Positions 12,719-25,640 of a DNA stretch of 64,000 bases are shown piece by piece (the stretch's first letter is position 1; the number at the start of each line of letters is the position of its first letter). Source of the DNA: Malacoraja senta (taxonomy: Eukaryota). The DNA lies in the NCBI GenBank assembly GCA_038087875.1, contig CM075989.1, forward strand, positions 21,764,001 through 21,828,000, given 5' to 3'. The notes under the pieces are model-generated. The model saw only the letters and a program-made list of their open reading frames with translations, was not told the DNA's origin and did no database searches. Position numbers and translations under genes: made by a program.

Positions 12719-12846
12719 CTAAACTGATGTTTAGTTTATCGGCACGAGTACAATGAAAAGCTTTTTGCCTCGTGCTATCCAGTCTGCGGGAAGACCATAC
12801 ATGATTACAGTCGAGCCGGTCCACAGTGTACTGAGTATTGCTCTCC

Positions 12847-13060
12847 ATAGACAATAGGTGAAGGAGTACGCCATTCGGCCCTTCGAGCCAGCACCGCCAT
12901 TCAATGTGATCATGGCTGATCATCCCCAATCAGTACCCCGTTCCTGCCTTCTCCCCATATCCCCTGACTCCGCTATTTTTAAGAGCCCTATCTAGCTCTC
13001 TCTTGAAAGCATCCAGAGAACCTGCCTCCACCGCCCTCTGAGGCAGAGAATTCCACAGAC
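12847..13060 (-). mobile_element. CR1 LINE 3' fragment
   Basis: CR1 3' UTR and ORF2 C-terminal codons on the minus strand; (ctattgt)-type tail. Confidence 0.85.
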
Positions 13061-13240
13061 TTTTTTCTCTCAAATTATTGCAATTATTGCACTCTCATAT
13101 TAAGAATGACTGTTCCGACTATCAGGTTGGATGGAGAGAGGTGGCACTTCTCAAGCACCGTTTTACCATGTCACATGAGGCAGCTGCTTGACCCCATTTG
13201 GACAGGGGAAAACGAGAGGAAGAAAATAAATTCGGCCTTG

Positions 13241-13520
13241 GGCAGCCTGGTAGCACAGGTGGTACAACACCTGCCTTCGAACCAGATGGTCGTGAGTTCA
13301 AGTCCCGGAGCATCCTGATACCTGAGGCAGACTGGCATTGTTCACTGGCGGTTTTGTCCATTCTTATCCCGGTCAGAAGGGAACCGATGCTTCTTACTGA
13401 TTGTGACGCAGGGTAAAAACATAATCCAACAATCATCTCGCTGCTCCATAAGCAATCCCTTTGTTGGCCGCTCACAAAGGGGCATTGATATGAATCGTGG
13501 CCCTGGATATTGTTACCCCC
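13241..13520 (+). mobile_element. Old tRNA-derived SINE, distinct from HE1 (LF-SINE-like core)
   Basis: A-box-like tagcacaggtgg (13251-13262), B-box gttcaagtc (13296-13304); 13457-13520 resembles my recollection of the LF-SINE central region. Confidence 0.5.
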
Positions 13521-13861
13521 AAAGTGCTCCGTCTGATTGTGCAAGGAAAGTAAATCAAATTTTAATGGTTACAATTAGTCATGATTATTGAGATTTCCTG
13601 CAGGATAACCTTACGTATAAACTTTGCTCAGGTGACCCCACCCTCTCCAAAGTCACCAAGCACTGGGCCAATGCAAATCGTAAACAGAAACAATGACCTA
13701 CAATGTCACCACCATGTTTAAGCTGATCATTACCAAGAACTGTCTTAAAATGTAGCCATTACACAGAGAACTTTTGGTTAGCAAACTAATTTTCTTTGGT
13801 GTTTTATTTTGAAAAAGAGGTGCAGACCCAGCATATCGTGCAGTTTATATTTTAGTCTTCA

Positions 13862-14152
13862 GTTTTAGAGATACAGCGTGGAAACCGGCCCTTCGGCCCA
13901 CCTAGTCCGTGCCGACCAGCAATCCCCACACACTAACATACTATCCTACACACACTAGGGACAATTTTTACATTCATACCAAGCCAATTGTCCAACAAAG
14001 GTGTACGTCTTTGGAGTGTGGGAGGAAACCGGAGCACCCGGAGAAAACCCTCGCAGGTCACGGGGAGAAGGTACAGACTCCGTACAGACAGCACCCGTGG
14101 TCAGGATCGAACCCGGGTCTCTGGCGCTGTGAGGCAGCAACTCTACCGCTGC
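13862..14152 (-). mobile_element. HE1-like V-SINE
   Basis: Head, V-domain and tail motifs on the minus strand. Confidence 0.85.
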
Positions 14153-14403
14153 GTATCATGCAGTTGAGGCAAATAATAGTGATGCATGTGGTGGCAACAT
14201 CGACAAGCAAATGAAAGCAGGCAGATGTTGCTTAGATGTTGTGGAACGATATGTAGTATATGTTTAAAATATGCAGCATGGAAACAGGCCCTTCAGCCCA
14301 TGGCGACGATCGATCACCCGTTCACACGAGTTCTACGTTATCGCACGTTCGCATCCATTCCCTGCACATTGATTTACAGAGGCTAACTAACCTACAAACC
14401 TGC

Positions 14404-15025
14404 ACGGTGGCGCAGCGGTAGAGTTGCTGCCTCACAGCCCCAGAGACCTGTCTTCGATCTTGACTACAGGTGCTGTCTCTACGGAGTTTGTACGTTCTCC
14501 CCATGACCCACGTGGGTTTTCTCCAGGTGCTCCGGTTCCTCCCACATTCCATGGACATTCAGGCCTGTAGGTTAATTGGCTTCTGTATAGGGCCTGTCCC
14601 ACTAGGCGATTTTTTTTTTAGGCGACTGCCGGCGACTACATCAATGGAATTCACCGAAGTCGGCACCGGTGACAACCTACGTCAACTACGACATCACCTA
14701 CGTCAGGAGAAGACAAGCTACAACAAGCCCACGGTAGCCGACTGTCGCCGACAATTTTGAACATTTCAAAATCCAGCAGCGACCAGAAAAACGCTACGAC
14801 TCTTTGGGCGACTGAGGAGACGACTCACGACCGTACAGGCGACACCCGGCAACCGTGTGGCGACAGCCTAGTCGCCGGCAGTCGCCCTAAAAATTGTCTA
14901 AGTGGGACAGGCCCTTAAATTGTAAAATGTCCCTAGTGTGTAGGACGATGCTAGTGAACTGGGTGATTGCTGGTCGGCACGGACTCGATGGGCCAAAGGG
15001 CCTGTTCGCACACTGTATCTATAAA
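14404..15025 (+). mobile_element. HE1-like V-SINE split by a Harbinger-type MITE
   Basis: Head cacggtggcgcagcggtagag; the body resumes after 14918. Confidence 0.85.
14589..14915. mobile_element. PIF/Harbinger-type MITE
   Basis: Termini AGGGCCTGTCCCACT / AGTGGGACAGGCCCT; flanks tat/taa; interior rich in ggcgac repeats. Confidence 0.8.
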
Positions 15026-15332
15026 GTCAAAAGTCTTTTGGGGAGTGGGAGGAAACCTGAGCACCCAGAGGAAGCCCGGGCAGTCACAGGCAGAATGTAC
15101 GAACAAACTCCACGCAGACAGCACTCAAGGTCAGGAACAAACAAGCGTTTCTGGTGCCGTGAGGCAGCAGCTCTACCTGCTGCACCGCTGTGCCATAACA
15201 TGGATTAGTTGGGTCAAATTGGCTGCATCTAGGCTGGATATTCGTTGTCATTCCATGTTATGCAAATTGAGGCATTCAATCAGGGAAAAAAAGACAAATC
15301 TACATTATTGCCTAAGCTTAATATATGATTAT

Positions 15333-15932
15333 TAGTTTAGAGATACAGCGCGGAAACAGGCCCATCCGGCCCACCAGCTCTGCAGCCGACCCAGCGATCC
15401 CCTCCCACACTAACACTATCCCTACATGTGCCCACCCACCCACACACTAACACTATCCTACATGTGTTCCCCTCCCTCACTAACACTATCCTACATGTGA
15501 TCCCCCCCCACACAACACTATCCTACATGTGACCCCCCCCCCACACTAACACTATCCTACATGTGATCCCCTCCCTCACTAACACTATCCTCCATGTGAT
15601 CCCCCCCCCACTAACACTATCCTACATGTGACCCCCCCCCCCACACTAACACTATCCTACATGTGATTCCCCCCCACACTAACACTATCCTACATGTGAC
15701 CCCCCCCCACACTAACACTATCCTACACACACTGCGAATAATTTACAATTTTACAATGCCAATGAACCTACGTCTTTGGAGTGCGGGAGGAAACCGGAGC
15801 GCCCTGAGAAAACTCACGCAGGTCACGGGGAGAACATAGAAACTCCGTACAGACGGCACCCGTAGTCAGGATCGAACCCGGGTCTCGGGCACCGTGAGGC
15901 AGCTACTCTACCCCTGCGCCACCGTGCCGCCC
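15333..15932 (-). mobile_element. HE1-like V-SINE containing an internal minisatellite
   Basis: SINE tail at 15333-15395 and body at 15730-15932 flank the array. Confidence 0.85.
15396..15730. repeat. Minisatellite, 10 copies of a 30-36 bp unit
   Basis: Unit gatcccccccacactaacactatcctacatgt with variable C-run length. Confidence 0.95.
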
Positions 15933-16594
15933 TACGCGATTCTTCTGTCTGCATCGGGCACGTGGACCTTACATTGTGGAGGAGGCATCATTATGTATAA
16001 TAAAGATAGTGATTGTTACAATAAGCAAATGGTACGTTGTGTGAGTGAATTAACAAGCTGGTGATGAGGTAACTGGGGGAAAAACGGCTGGCAATTTGAA
16101 GGATTGCTTGTTACAAAGAACAAAGAGCGGTTTGAGTATTTATAAGGGGTGAAGTAATCTCTTACAATTTTGCTTCACATGTAATATAGGGAGAGTGCCT
16201 CTTATTCAAATTAGATGATAAATGATGATTTTCTCAAGATATTATCTCCAGTCTACATGCAAAGAGCTAATCAGACCACTCAGAGTGTTGTTAGCATTGT
16301 AGACGTCCAAATAGTCAGTACAAATGTGGCCACATTTTGCATAAAATCAATGAATTACAAAACAAGGATCCATTTATCTGTAAGAGAGATTTTTTCATAT
16401 ATTGTACTTCTCTCTTGACCTAAACATGCCTTAATTGCTTGACACTGTCACAATCAATTCCGTTGAGCTTGAAACTTTTGTTGTCACACCTGTTTGGCCC
16501 AATTTGTTCAGCAGGTTTTGATTTAATCCTTAAGAACTCCTTAGTTTTAATTGTCAATCAATCCATCAATCACTCAGTATTTGGCAATCATTCA

Positions 16595-17100
16595 GAGAAA
16601 CATAGAAAATAGGTGCAGGAGTAGGTCATTCGGCCCTTCGGGGCAGCACCGCCATTCAATATGGTCATGGCTGATCATTCAAAATCAGTACCCATTCCTG
16701 CTTCTTTCCCCATATCCCTTGATTCCATCAGCCCTAAGAGCTATATCTAACTCTCTCATGAATACATCCAGTGAATCGGCCTCCACTGCCTTCTGTGGCA
16801 GAGAATTCCACAGATTCACAACTCTCTGGGTGAAAACGTTTTTCCTCATCTCAGTCCTGAATGGCCTATCTCTTATTCTTAAACTGTGACCCCCTGATTC
16901 TGGACTCCCCCAACATCAGGAACATTTTTCAGCATCTAGCCTGTCCAATCCTGTACGGATTTTATATGTTTCTATACGATCCCCTCTTATCCTAAATTCC
17001 AGTGAATACAGGCCCAGTCGACCCATTCTTTCATTGTATGTCAGTCTCCACCTCCCCGGAATTAACCTGGTGAACCTACATTGCACCCTCAATAGCAAGA
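16595..17100 (-). mobile_element. CR1 LINE 3' fragment
   Basis: Encodes RFTRLIPG...RLGLYSLEFR.RGD.IETYKI; (tttctatg) tail. Confidence 0.9.
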
Positions 17101-17151
17101 ATCTCTACCTTAACTCATTTATCAGGAGGCTTTCTGCTTTTCTCGTAAGTG

Positions 17152-17445
17152 CGGCATGGTGGCACAGCGGTAGAGTTGCTACCTCACAGCGCCAGAGTGT
17201 GGTACGATCCTGGCCTCGAACGCTGCCTGTGTGGAGTTTGCATGTTCTTCCTCTGACCCTGTGGAATCCTCGGGTGCTCTGGATTCCTCTCACATCCCAA
17301 CGACCTAGGTTAATTGGATTCTGTAAATTGCCCCAGTGTGTAGGTAGTGGACCGCGAAAGTGGGATAATGTAGAGCTAGAACGTGTGATCGATGGTCGGC
17401 ATGGACTCGGTGGGCCGAAGGGCCTGTTTCAATGCTGCATCTTTA
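17152..17445 (+). mobile_element. HE1-like V-SINE (diverged)
   Basis: Head, V-domain and gggccgaagggcctgtttc present. Confidence 0.8.
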
Positions 17446-17744
17446 CAATCGATCAACTTTCTGTTGTTCCCTCAGGATTAACAATGACTTGCCTCCACTC
17501 CAGTTCAGTGGACCTGTGAGGTGACTACTGCGGCTAGTGTGGTATCGACAGTCTAGCCCTGCTGGGGCCAGAGGTGCTTCATCGAGAAGGTGGTGAGTGG
17601 TGAACCATCTTCTCTGTTGCTTTCACCAGGTTCATCAGGAATAGACTCACTGTCGATCTGACTACTCCTCCACATTGAGCGTCCACAGGCGTGAGCTTTT
17701 GAGTATGTTGCATTCTTCTTTCAAGGCGGCTCAGACAGAATCTT

Positions 17745-18213
17745 TAGACATTACTTTAGACTATAGAGATACAGCGGGGAATCAGGCCACTGAGTCCGTG
17801 CCGACCAGAGATCACCCCGTACACTAACACTGTCATACACACTAGGGGAAATATTTTATTACAACTTACCGAAGATATATAACCTACAAGCATGTACGTC
17901 TTTGGTGTGAGGGTGGACTTTAGACTTTAGATATACAGCTCAGAAACAGGCCCTTCAGCCCACTGAGTCTGCGCCAACCAGCAATCACCCATACATTAGC
18001 TCAATCCTATACACACTAGGGATCATTTACAATTTTACTAAAGCCAGTTACAAACCTGCACATCTCTGGAGTGTGGGAGGAAACTGAAGAAAACCCACAC
18101 GGTCACAGGGAGAGCGTACAAACTCCGCACTGACAGCACCCGTAGTCAGGATCAAACCCAGGTCTCTGGCGCTGTTAGGCAGCAACTCTACCGCTGCTCC
18201 ACCGTGCCACCCG
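17745..18213 (-). mobile_element. Two HE1-like V-SINE copies (one partial, one full)
   Basis: (ctttaga)-type tails at about 17745 and 17915; head ends near 18213. Confidence 0.8.
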
Positions 18214-18319
18214 TGAAGTTTTTCCTTCAGTGGTGAAATGGCACGATGCAGCTCGGAGCCGATCGCCTGTTTCGAGCGTCTAGTTTTTGGGCATCAGGAC
18301 AATGTGGCCAACTTAACAA

Positions 18320-18908
18320 AGGAGGATTCGAGGACCTGAGCTGCAGGGAGAGGTTGGGCAGGCTAGACCTTGTCCTTGGAGGCACAGGAGGCTGAGGGAC
18401 AATCGTACAGAGGTGTATAAAAACATGAGGATATTAATATAACGATATAACATGACTATTGATAGATTAATGCACAAGATTATTCAGAGTAGAGGAATCA
18501 CGAACCAGAGGACGTAAGTTTAAGACGGGGGGACAACATTTAATAGGAAAGTAAGGGACAACTTTTTCACTCAGAGGGTAGAGGGTATATGGAATGAGCT
18601 GCCAGAGACGGTAGTTGAGGCTGGTATGATCTGCCATGATCATATTGAATGGCGGTGCTAGCTCGAAGGGCCGAATGGCCTACTCCTGCACCTATTGTCT
18701 ATGTTTCTATATTTCTAGGTGCCAAAAGACACTTGGACAAGTATACGGATAGGAAAAGTTTGAGGATGTGGGCTCGAAGGGCCAAATGGCCTCCTCCTGC
18801 ACCTGTTTTCTATGAATATGCAGGCAAATGGTACGGGCAGAGATGGGGCATATTGGCCGGCAAGGACGAGTTGGGCCGAAGGGCCTGTTTCAGTGCTAGG
18901 TGACTCTA
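18320..18908 (+). mobile_element. Decayed CR1 3' fragment with two nested short CR1 tail pieces
   Basis: CR1 C-terminal motifs; nested ggctcgaagggcc.aatggcct pieces at about 18630-18710 and 18770-18815. Confidence 0.75.
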
Positions 18909-19521
18909 AGGCAGAACTAGCTGAGTGTAATTGGAGCCTTCAACCCAGGGAACTTGGCCTAACATCAGTTCAGTTCTAATGTTGGTTATGAATAGGTATA
19001 CTTTACACCAGAACAAACAAAACTATTTATGCTAATATTTAAATAAGATCTCTCAAATTTTAAATGCATTTTAAATGGATTAGTTTCAATTTGATGTGTG
19101 ATAGAATCTACATGGTATTTATATGAAGCTAAATGTGTGGTACATTAAGTTTGAAATGACATATTACTGTAAGCAGGTTATTATGTTAATAGTACTTATT
19201 ATAACTCAAAATCTCAAACAATGGGCTTATGTCAAACTAGCAATGGTCTATTTGAGTATATTATGTGTTCTAATGGGGAACTGACATGAAATCTTTAAGT
19301 CCCTGAAGGAAGAATGATCTAATCTGACATAAACCCCATTGTAAAATGCTGGAGAGGGTTTGCAGAGTTAGTTATAACTTCATTAATAAACGTGACATCC
19401 CACCCTCACTGTAAAAAAAACAAGTCACATGCCCTTTTAGTTTTCAGCTCAAATAATTTCAAATTCTAATTGATAAGAGTGTTTAAAAAAAGAAAAAAAT
19501 ATATTCAGCTCTGTTTTTCTC

Positions 19522-19777
19522 ATAGAGTCATGCAGCACAGTGTGGAAACAGGCCCTTTGTCCCAAATTGCCCACGCCGGCCAACATGTTCCCATCTATAC
19601 AAGTCCCACATGCCTACTTTGGCCCCATATCCCTCCAAACCTGTCCTGTCCATGTACCTGCCTAAATGTTTCTTACTCATTGCGATAGTCCCTGCTTCAC
19701 CTAACTCCTCCGGCTTCTTGTTCCATGCACCCTTTGTGTAAAAAAAAGTTACTCCTCAAGTTCCCATTAAATCTTCC
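19522..19777 (-). mobile_element. CR1 LINE 3' fragment
   Basis: Reverse complement of the 3' UTR type seen at 21230-21350. Confidence 0.75.
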
Positions 19778-20484
19778 CCCCCCCCCCTCCCCCCGCATTC
19801 GCATATCACTGTACCTTAACTGGTACACGTGACAATAAAAAACCTTTGATACCGGTGAGGGGAGGAGTTGCAGTTCTCAGTTCTTTTGTTTTTGGACTAC
19901 ATTGGCCAGCATGCACTGAGACTAATCACAGACGACAAATTGAAAATAGTTCAAGCTTTGCAAGTGTGTTGCGTGATCTTTAAAAACTTGGATTTCACTG
20001 TCGGTGAGTGTGGTGGAAGAAAGCTTTCTTTTTTTATAAAAACGATTATTTTTTATTTATTCTCTCCGTGGTATGACGATTTCCCGAGCCAGGGCTGCTG
20101 CTTGGGATGATGTTTGTTGAAGTCGCTGGAGGGGACTGATGTTTGTCTCGGGGCCAAAGGAAAACGCTGATGATATAACTTGATGTCAAGCTTGGGTCAT
20201 TGATAGCCAGTCGTGGCTGCTGAGTGCCAAATAATCATCGGTTCAAGGCCCTGCCTGTTGGAGCCATCCCTGTGGGAAGGATAAAGATTGCCTGGTCCTG
20301 TGCAAAATCTGCAAACTGGAAACTGAAGAACAGAAAATCGAGTTGAGTTTGAGTTTAGTTGAGTTACTTCACCGCTTTGTGCCTATCTTAACATAGAACT
20401 AATGTGTGGGTGGGCATGGGCTCAGTGGGTCTGCGTTTGAGTTTAGTTTATTGTCACCAAGGTACAGTGAAATGGGACCAACTT

Positions 20485-21350
20485 CAGATAGTGAAGATGG
20501 TCGTGAAAAATTCCAGCAGCATCTTGATCAATTGGCCAGGTAGGTTGAGGAATAGTTGATGGAATTTGATGCAGAGAAATGTGAGGTGTTGCATTTTGGG
20601 AAGTCTAATATGGGCAGGACCTACACAGTGAATGGTAGGGCTCTGGGGAGTGTGTAGAGCAGAGGGATCTAGGAGTGCAGTTGCGTGGTTCCTTGGAGGT
20701 CGAGTCGCAGGTAGATAAGGTGGTCAAAAAGGCATTTGGTACATTGGCCTTCATCAGTCAAATTAATCAGTATAGAAGTTGGGAGGTCATGTTGCAGTTG
20801 CATAAGACGTTGGTGAGACCGCATTTAGAGTATTGTGTTCAGTTCTGGGCACCATGGTATAGGAAAGATGTTGTCAAGCTGGAGATGGTACAGAGAAGAT
20901 TTACGAGGAAGTTGCCAGGACTAGAGGGTCTGAGCTATAGGGAGGGGTTGAGTAAGGTGGGACTATTCCTTGGAGCACAGGAGAATGAGGGGTGATCTTA
21001 TAGAGGTGCATAAAATCATGAGAGGAATAGATCGGGTAGATGCACAGAGTCTCTTGCCCAGAGTAGGTGAATCGAGAACCAGAGGACATTGGTTTAAGGT
21101 AAAGTGGAAAAGATTTAATAGGAATCTGAGGGTTAACTTTTTCACGCAAAGGATGGTGGGTGTATGGAACAAGCTGCCAGTAGTGACTGGGACTATCCCA
21201 ACATTTAAGAAACAGTTAGACAGGTAGATGAGTAGGACGGGTTTGGAGGGATGTGGGCCGGTGGGACTAGTGCAGTGGGGACATGTTGGCAAGTGTGGGC
21301 AAGTTGGGCCAAAGTGACTTGTTTTCATGTTGTGTCACTCTATGACTCTA
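20485..21350 (+). mobile_element. CR1 LINE ORF2 3' part (post-RT), frameshifted
   Basis: KCEVLHFG...LVRPHLEYCVQFWAP...RGDLIEVHKIMRG...VWNKLP; ends tcactctatgactcta. Confidence 0.92.
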
Positions 21351-21639
21351 AAGGGTTTTGTTGCGTGCTAACCAGCCAGCGGAAAGACAATATATGATTA
21401 CAATCGAGCTGTCCACAGTGTACAAATAAAGGAGAAAGGGAATAACGTGAATTAAGTTAGTGAAAGATAAAGCCAGTAAAGTCTGATCTAAGATAGTCCG
21501 TGGATGTACAATGAGATAGATAGTAGTTCAGGTCTGCTCTCTAGTTGTTGGTAGGATGGTTCAGTTGCCTGAACTAAAAAATACAGTTTATGATCATGTC
21601 AATAATAACATTACTATTTTTACAGAGTAAAAAATAAGC

Positions 21640-22197
21640 CATAGATAAGCACAAAATGCTGGGTTACCTCAGCGGGTCAGGCAGCATCTCTGGCTTGTCT
21701 GTCAGTCTGAAGAAGGGTCTTGACCCAAAACATCACCCATCCATTTTCTCCAGAGATGCTGCCTGACCCGTTGAGTGACTCCAGCATTTTGTGTCTACCT
21801 TTGGTATCAACCAGCATCTGCAGTTCCTTTTCATTACATTAGAGACATATGCCAGGTGTTAAAGAAGGAACTACAGATGCTGGAAAATCGAAGGTACACA
21901 AAAATGCTGGAGAAACTCAGCGGGTGCAGCAGCATCTATGGAGCGAAGGAAATAGGCAACGTTTCGGGCCGAAACCCTTCTTCAGATGCCACATATGCCA
22001 CTTTAGTTCCTCATCCTCATGGATTTTCAAGGATTGGAAGGGTGTGGTTTACATGCTGTCAGAGGTGATTAGTTTAACTTCATCTCTTCGAAAGCCAGTC
22101 CCGACCCGAAACGTCACCTATTCCTTTTCTCCAGAGATGCAGCCTGACCTTCTGAGTTACTCCAGCATTTTGTGTCTATCTTCGGTGTAAACCAGCA
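21640..22197. mobile_element. Cluster of three PLE pseudo-LTR derivatives
   Basis: Fold-back at about 21640-21830, single arm at 21858-21987 with a minus-strand hammerhead core (21958-21985), single arm at about 22098-22197. Confidence 0.75.
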
Positions 22198-22588
22198 TAG
22201 AAACATAGAAACATAGAAAATAGGTGCAGGAGTAGGCCATTCGGCCCTTCGAGCCTGCACCGCCATTCACTATGATCATGGCTGATCATCCAACTCAGTA
22301 TCCTGTACCTGCTTTCTCTCCATACCCCCTGATCCCTTTAGCCACAAGGGCCACATCTAACTCCCTCTTAAATATAGCCAATGAACTGGCCTCAACTACC
22401 TTCTGTGGCAGAGAATTCCAAAGATTCACCACTCTCTGTGTGAAAAATGTTTTTCTCATCTCAGTCCTAAAAGATTTCCCCTTTATCCTTAAACTGTGAC
22501 CCCTTGTTCTGGACTCCCCCAACATCGGGAACAATCTTCCTGCATCTAGCCTGTCCAACCCCTTAAGAATTTTGTAAGTTTCTATAAG
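22196..22588 (-). mobile_element. Young CR1 3' fragment (same subfamily as the 55-58 kb copy)
   Basis: IETYKILKGLDRLDAGRLFPMLGESRTRGHSL...GYGEKAGTGY; (tttctatg)n tail; inserted in a PLE tail with agcat duplicated. Confidence 0.92.
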
Positions 22589-22977
22589 CATCTGTAGTTC
22601 CTTCCTACACATTCACCCTTCAATGATGATTTTGAATAAATTTAATCCAATTACTCCAATTCAAGGATGTATTTGGCAAGGACTATGTTTAGGGGTTCTG
22701 GTCTCGGCCACAAACGTCACCCATTCCTTCTCTCCAGACCTATCCCGTTGAGGTACTCTGACAATTTGTGTCCTTTTGCGTAAACCAGCATCTGCAGTTC
22801 CTCCTTTCTACTCCCGAAACATGTCGTAAGTTGGTGATGGAAGCCTGATGCAGGTCTAGTTTAGTTTAGTTTAGAGATACAGCATGACTTGCCGAGTCTG
22901 CACCGACCAATGATCACCCATGCACTAGTTTTATTCCACACACTAGGGACAATTTACAGAGGAAAATAAACCTTTTT

Positions 22978-23250
22978 AAGTTTAGTTTAGATACAGCGTG
23001 GAAACAGGCCCTTCAGCCCACCGAGTCCTTGCCGACCAACGATCACCCCCTTACACCAGCACTAATCTACACACTGGGGACGATTTACAATGTTCCCAAA
23101 CCAATTAACCTACAAACCTGCACGTCTTTGGAATGTGAGGGGAAACCGGAGCACCAGGAGAAAACCCACGCGGGAGAATGTACAGTCCATATAGACAGTA
23201 GGTTAGGATCGAACCTGGGTCTCTGGCGCTGTAAGGCAGTAGCTCTACTG
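22978..23250 (-). mobile_element. HE1-like V-SINE
   Basis: Tail, V-domain and B-box on the minus strand. Confidence 0.8.
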
Positions 23251-23258
23251 ATGCAAAG

Positions 23259-23660
23259 GAACATAGAAACATAGAAAATAGGTGCAGGAGGAGGCCATTC
23301 GGCCCTTTGAGCCAGCACTGCCATTCATTGTGATCATGGCTGATCGTCCCCAATCAATAACCAATGCCTCCCCATATCCCTTGACTCCACTAGCCCCTAG
23401 AGCTCTATCTAACTCTCTCTTAAATCCGTCCAGTGATTTGGCCTCCACTGCCCTCTGTGGCAGGGAATTCCACAAATTCACAACTCTCTGGATGAAAACA
23501 TTTTTTCTCACCTCAGTCTTAAATGACCTCCCCTTTATTCTAAGACTGTGGCCCCTGGTTCTGGACTCGCCCAACATTGGGAACATTTTTCCTGTATCTA
23601 GCTTGTCTACTCCTTTTATAATTTTATATGTTTCCATATGATCCCCCCTCATCCTTCTAA
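23259..23660 (-). mobile_element. CR1 LINE 3' fragment
   Basis: RRMRGDHMETYKIIKG...QRVVNLWNSLPQ. Confidence 0.9.
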
Positions 23661-23960
23661 GGCACCTCACAGTCTATCCGCAAATAAAAATCACAGCCTC
23701 CCGTCCCACACACAGCCAGGACTTCATGAAGAACAACAGATTCTGCTCCTTCCAGCGCAACTGTGGCAGAGAGAAAGAAAAGCTATCTTTCATAACTCTG
23801 ACTTCTAGGTCCGACCTCCAACTGGTGACCTCTCCATTCATCCCTTCCAATCTGTGACACAATCACCCTCCTTTACATCCCTCATAGCAAAATACAAAGT
23901 GGTGGAAGAGTACAAGAAGTCAGGCAGCATCTGGGGACTGAATGTACGGACGATATATCA

Positions 23961-24258
23961 GGGTGGCACGCTGGCGCAGCGGTAGAGCTGCTGCCTTGCA
24001 GCGCCAGAGGGACGGGTTCAATCCTGACTACGGGTGCTGTCTGTACGGAGTTTGTACGTTCTCTCCGTGACCGCGTGGGTTTTCTCCGGGTGCTCCTGTT
24101 TCCTCCCACACTGCAAAGACGTACAGGTCTGTAGGTTAATTGGCTTGGTAAAGTTATAAATTGCCCCTAGGCCAATGTTTGTGAGCGGGGATCGCTGGTC
24201 GGTGCGGACACGGTGGGCCGAAGGGCCTGCTTCTGCGTTGTCTCTCGAAACTAAACTT
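23961..24258 (+). mobile_element. HE1-like V-SINE
   Basis: Full head-to-tail copy. Confidence 0.85.
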
Positions 24259-25344
24259 AAATAAATACTTAGGAAGGAACTGCAGATGCTGGTCTGAAGA
24301 TGGTTCTCGAACCGAAACATCACCTGTTCCTTTTCGCCAGAGAGGCTGCCTGACTCGCTGAGTTACTCCAGCTCTTTGTAAACGAAACTAAATATCCTTA
24401 TGGTGCTTTGTCTAAGGCGTACGCTCCTATCAATTTTGCATTACCACTGATTATGATGGGTGTCGTCCAAAGGTTTCCAATGTTTCTCTTGATGTTTTGA
24501 GAATGATGACTTTTGTAAGAATCAAGGTACAGAAAAAGGCTTTAAGAATAGTCCGAGCACTTTGCAATGACCACAACTGCAAATGACAAATCAGGCCGTT
24601 TTTAGACCCATGGCCTGGAGGCAAACAGGCACCTTAATTTAGGGTTGAACTCTGCAGCTGGCCTTTAAATGTGCTCTGTTAGTAATTAGTTTGCACAAAT
24701 GAAGATCTATTTAACCCAGCTGTGAAACAATATTTGCTTGTTATAGTTCCACTTCAAAATACTGAGGCAGTGTCAGTCGCATTTCCCCCAGGGCTATTTC
24801 CTTTTGGTAATTTCTTTGAGATTATGAGCTTGCAAATTCTTGATTTACTGATTAAAGCATTTTGGTCCTGGCCTTTTCTGTGAGAGTGAGGTTGGCATTC
24901 CAGGGCTGAGGGAGTTTGTGTGCCTTGGAATGCGGTGAATGGCTTGTAAATTGTACCCACTAATTAAATCTCTCTGGAGTCCAACTTGAATAATCATCTG
25001 GTTAAAATCAGCCGGCAATCCCCTGGTCTCACTGCACCTTTCAGATCTCTCATTATCTAATTCGTAATGACTGGAAAAGTAAAAGAATTCAGCTAAACAT
25101 CTGCGTACGTAACTCTATGAGAAATCTGAACGAATATACCTGGAAGCAGACTGCTACTCTAGACTCTTAATGTTTCTCCTCTTTAAATACTTGACTTTAA
25201 ATATCTGGCCTCCGTGAAACCTGAGCTAAAATGGATCCTACTCATTTTCCCAACCCCCCCCCCACCAATTAAAAAAAAACTGATATCAATGAAACATGGT
25301 GGAATGTTGTTAGGAAGGCACAAACTTATTGCTCAAATACAGTG

Positions 25345-25518
25345 TAGGAAGGAACTGCAGATGCCTGTTTAAACAGAAGATAGACACAAAATGCTGGAGT
25401 AACTCAGCGGGGCAATCAACATCTCTGGAGAGAAGGAACAGGCGATGTTTCGGGTCGAGACCCTTCTTTAGATGCTGTCTGGGCCGCTGAGTTACTCCAG
25501 CTTTTTGTGTTTATCTTG
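25345..25518. mobile_element. PLE-derived fold-back element
   Basis: Inverted arms around a decayed hammerhead-like centre. Confidence 0.7.
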
Positions 25519-25640
25519 TTTACAGACAGCGCTGATCCTGGTCTTCCAAAATTAGATTAATCAACGCTTACATTCAGGGAAGATAGACACAAAAAGCTGG
25601 AGTAAGTCAGCGGGACAGGCAGCATCTCTGGAGAGTAGGA

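Noticed and set aside
13909..14214. Recurrent 60-150 aa ORFs such as CTSLECGRKPE / GAVCTEFVRSP / AELLQHF
   Set aside because: These recur because they are chance translations of SINE and PLE-arm consensus sequences.
15396..15730. Regular repeats of about 32 bp that superficially resemble a CRISPR array
   Set aside because: No unique spacers, the unit derives from the surrounding SINE, and the context is eukaryotic.
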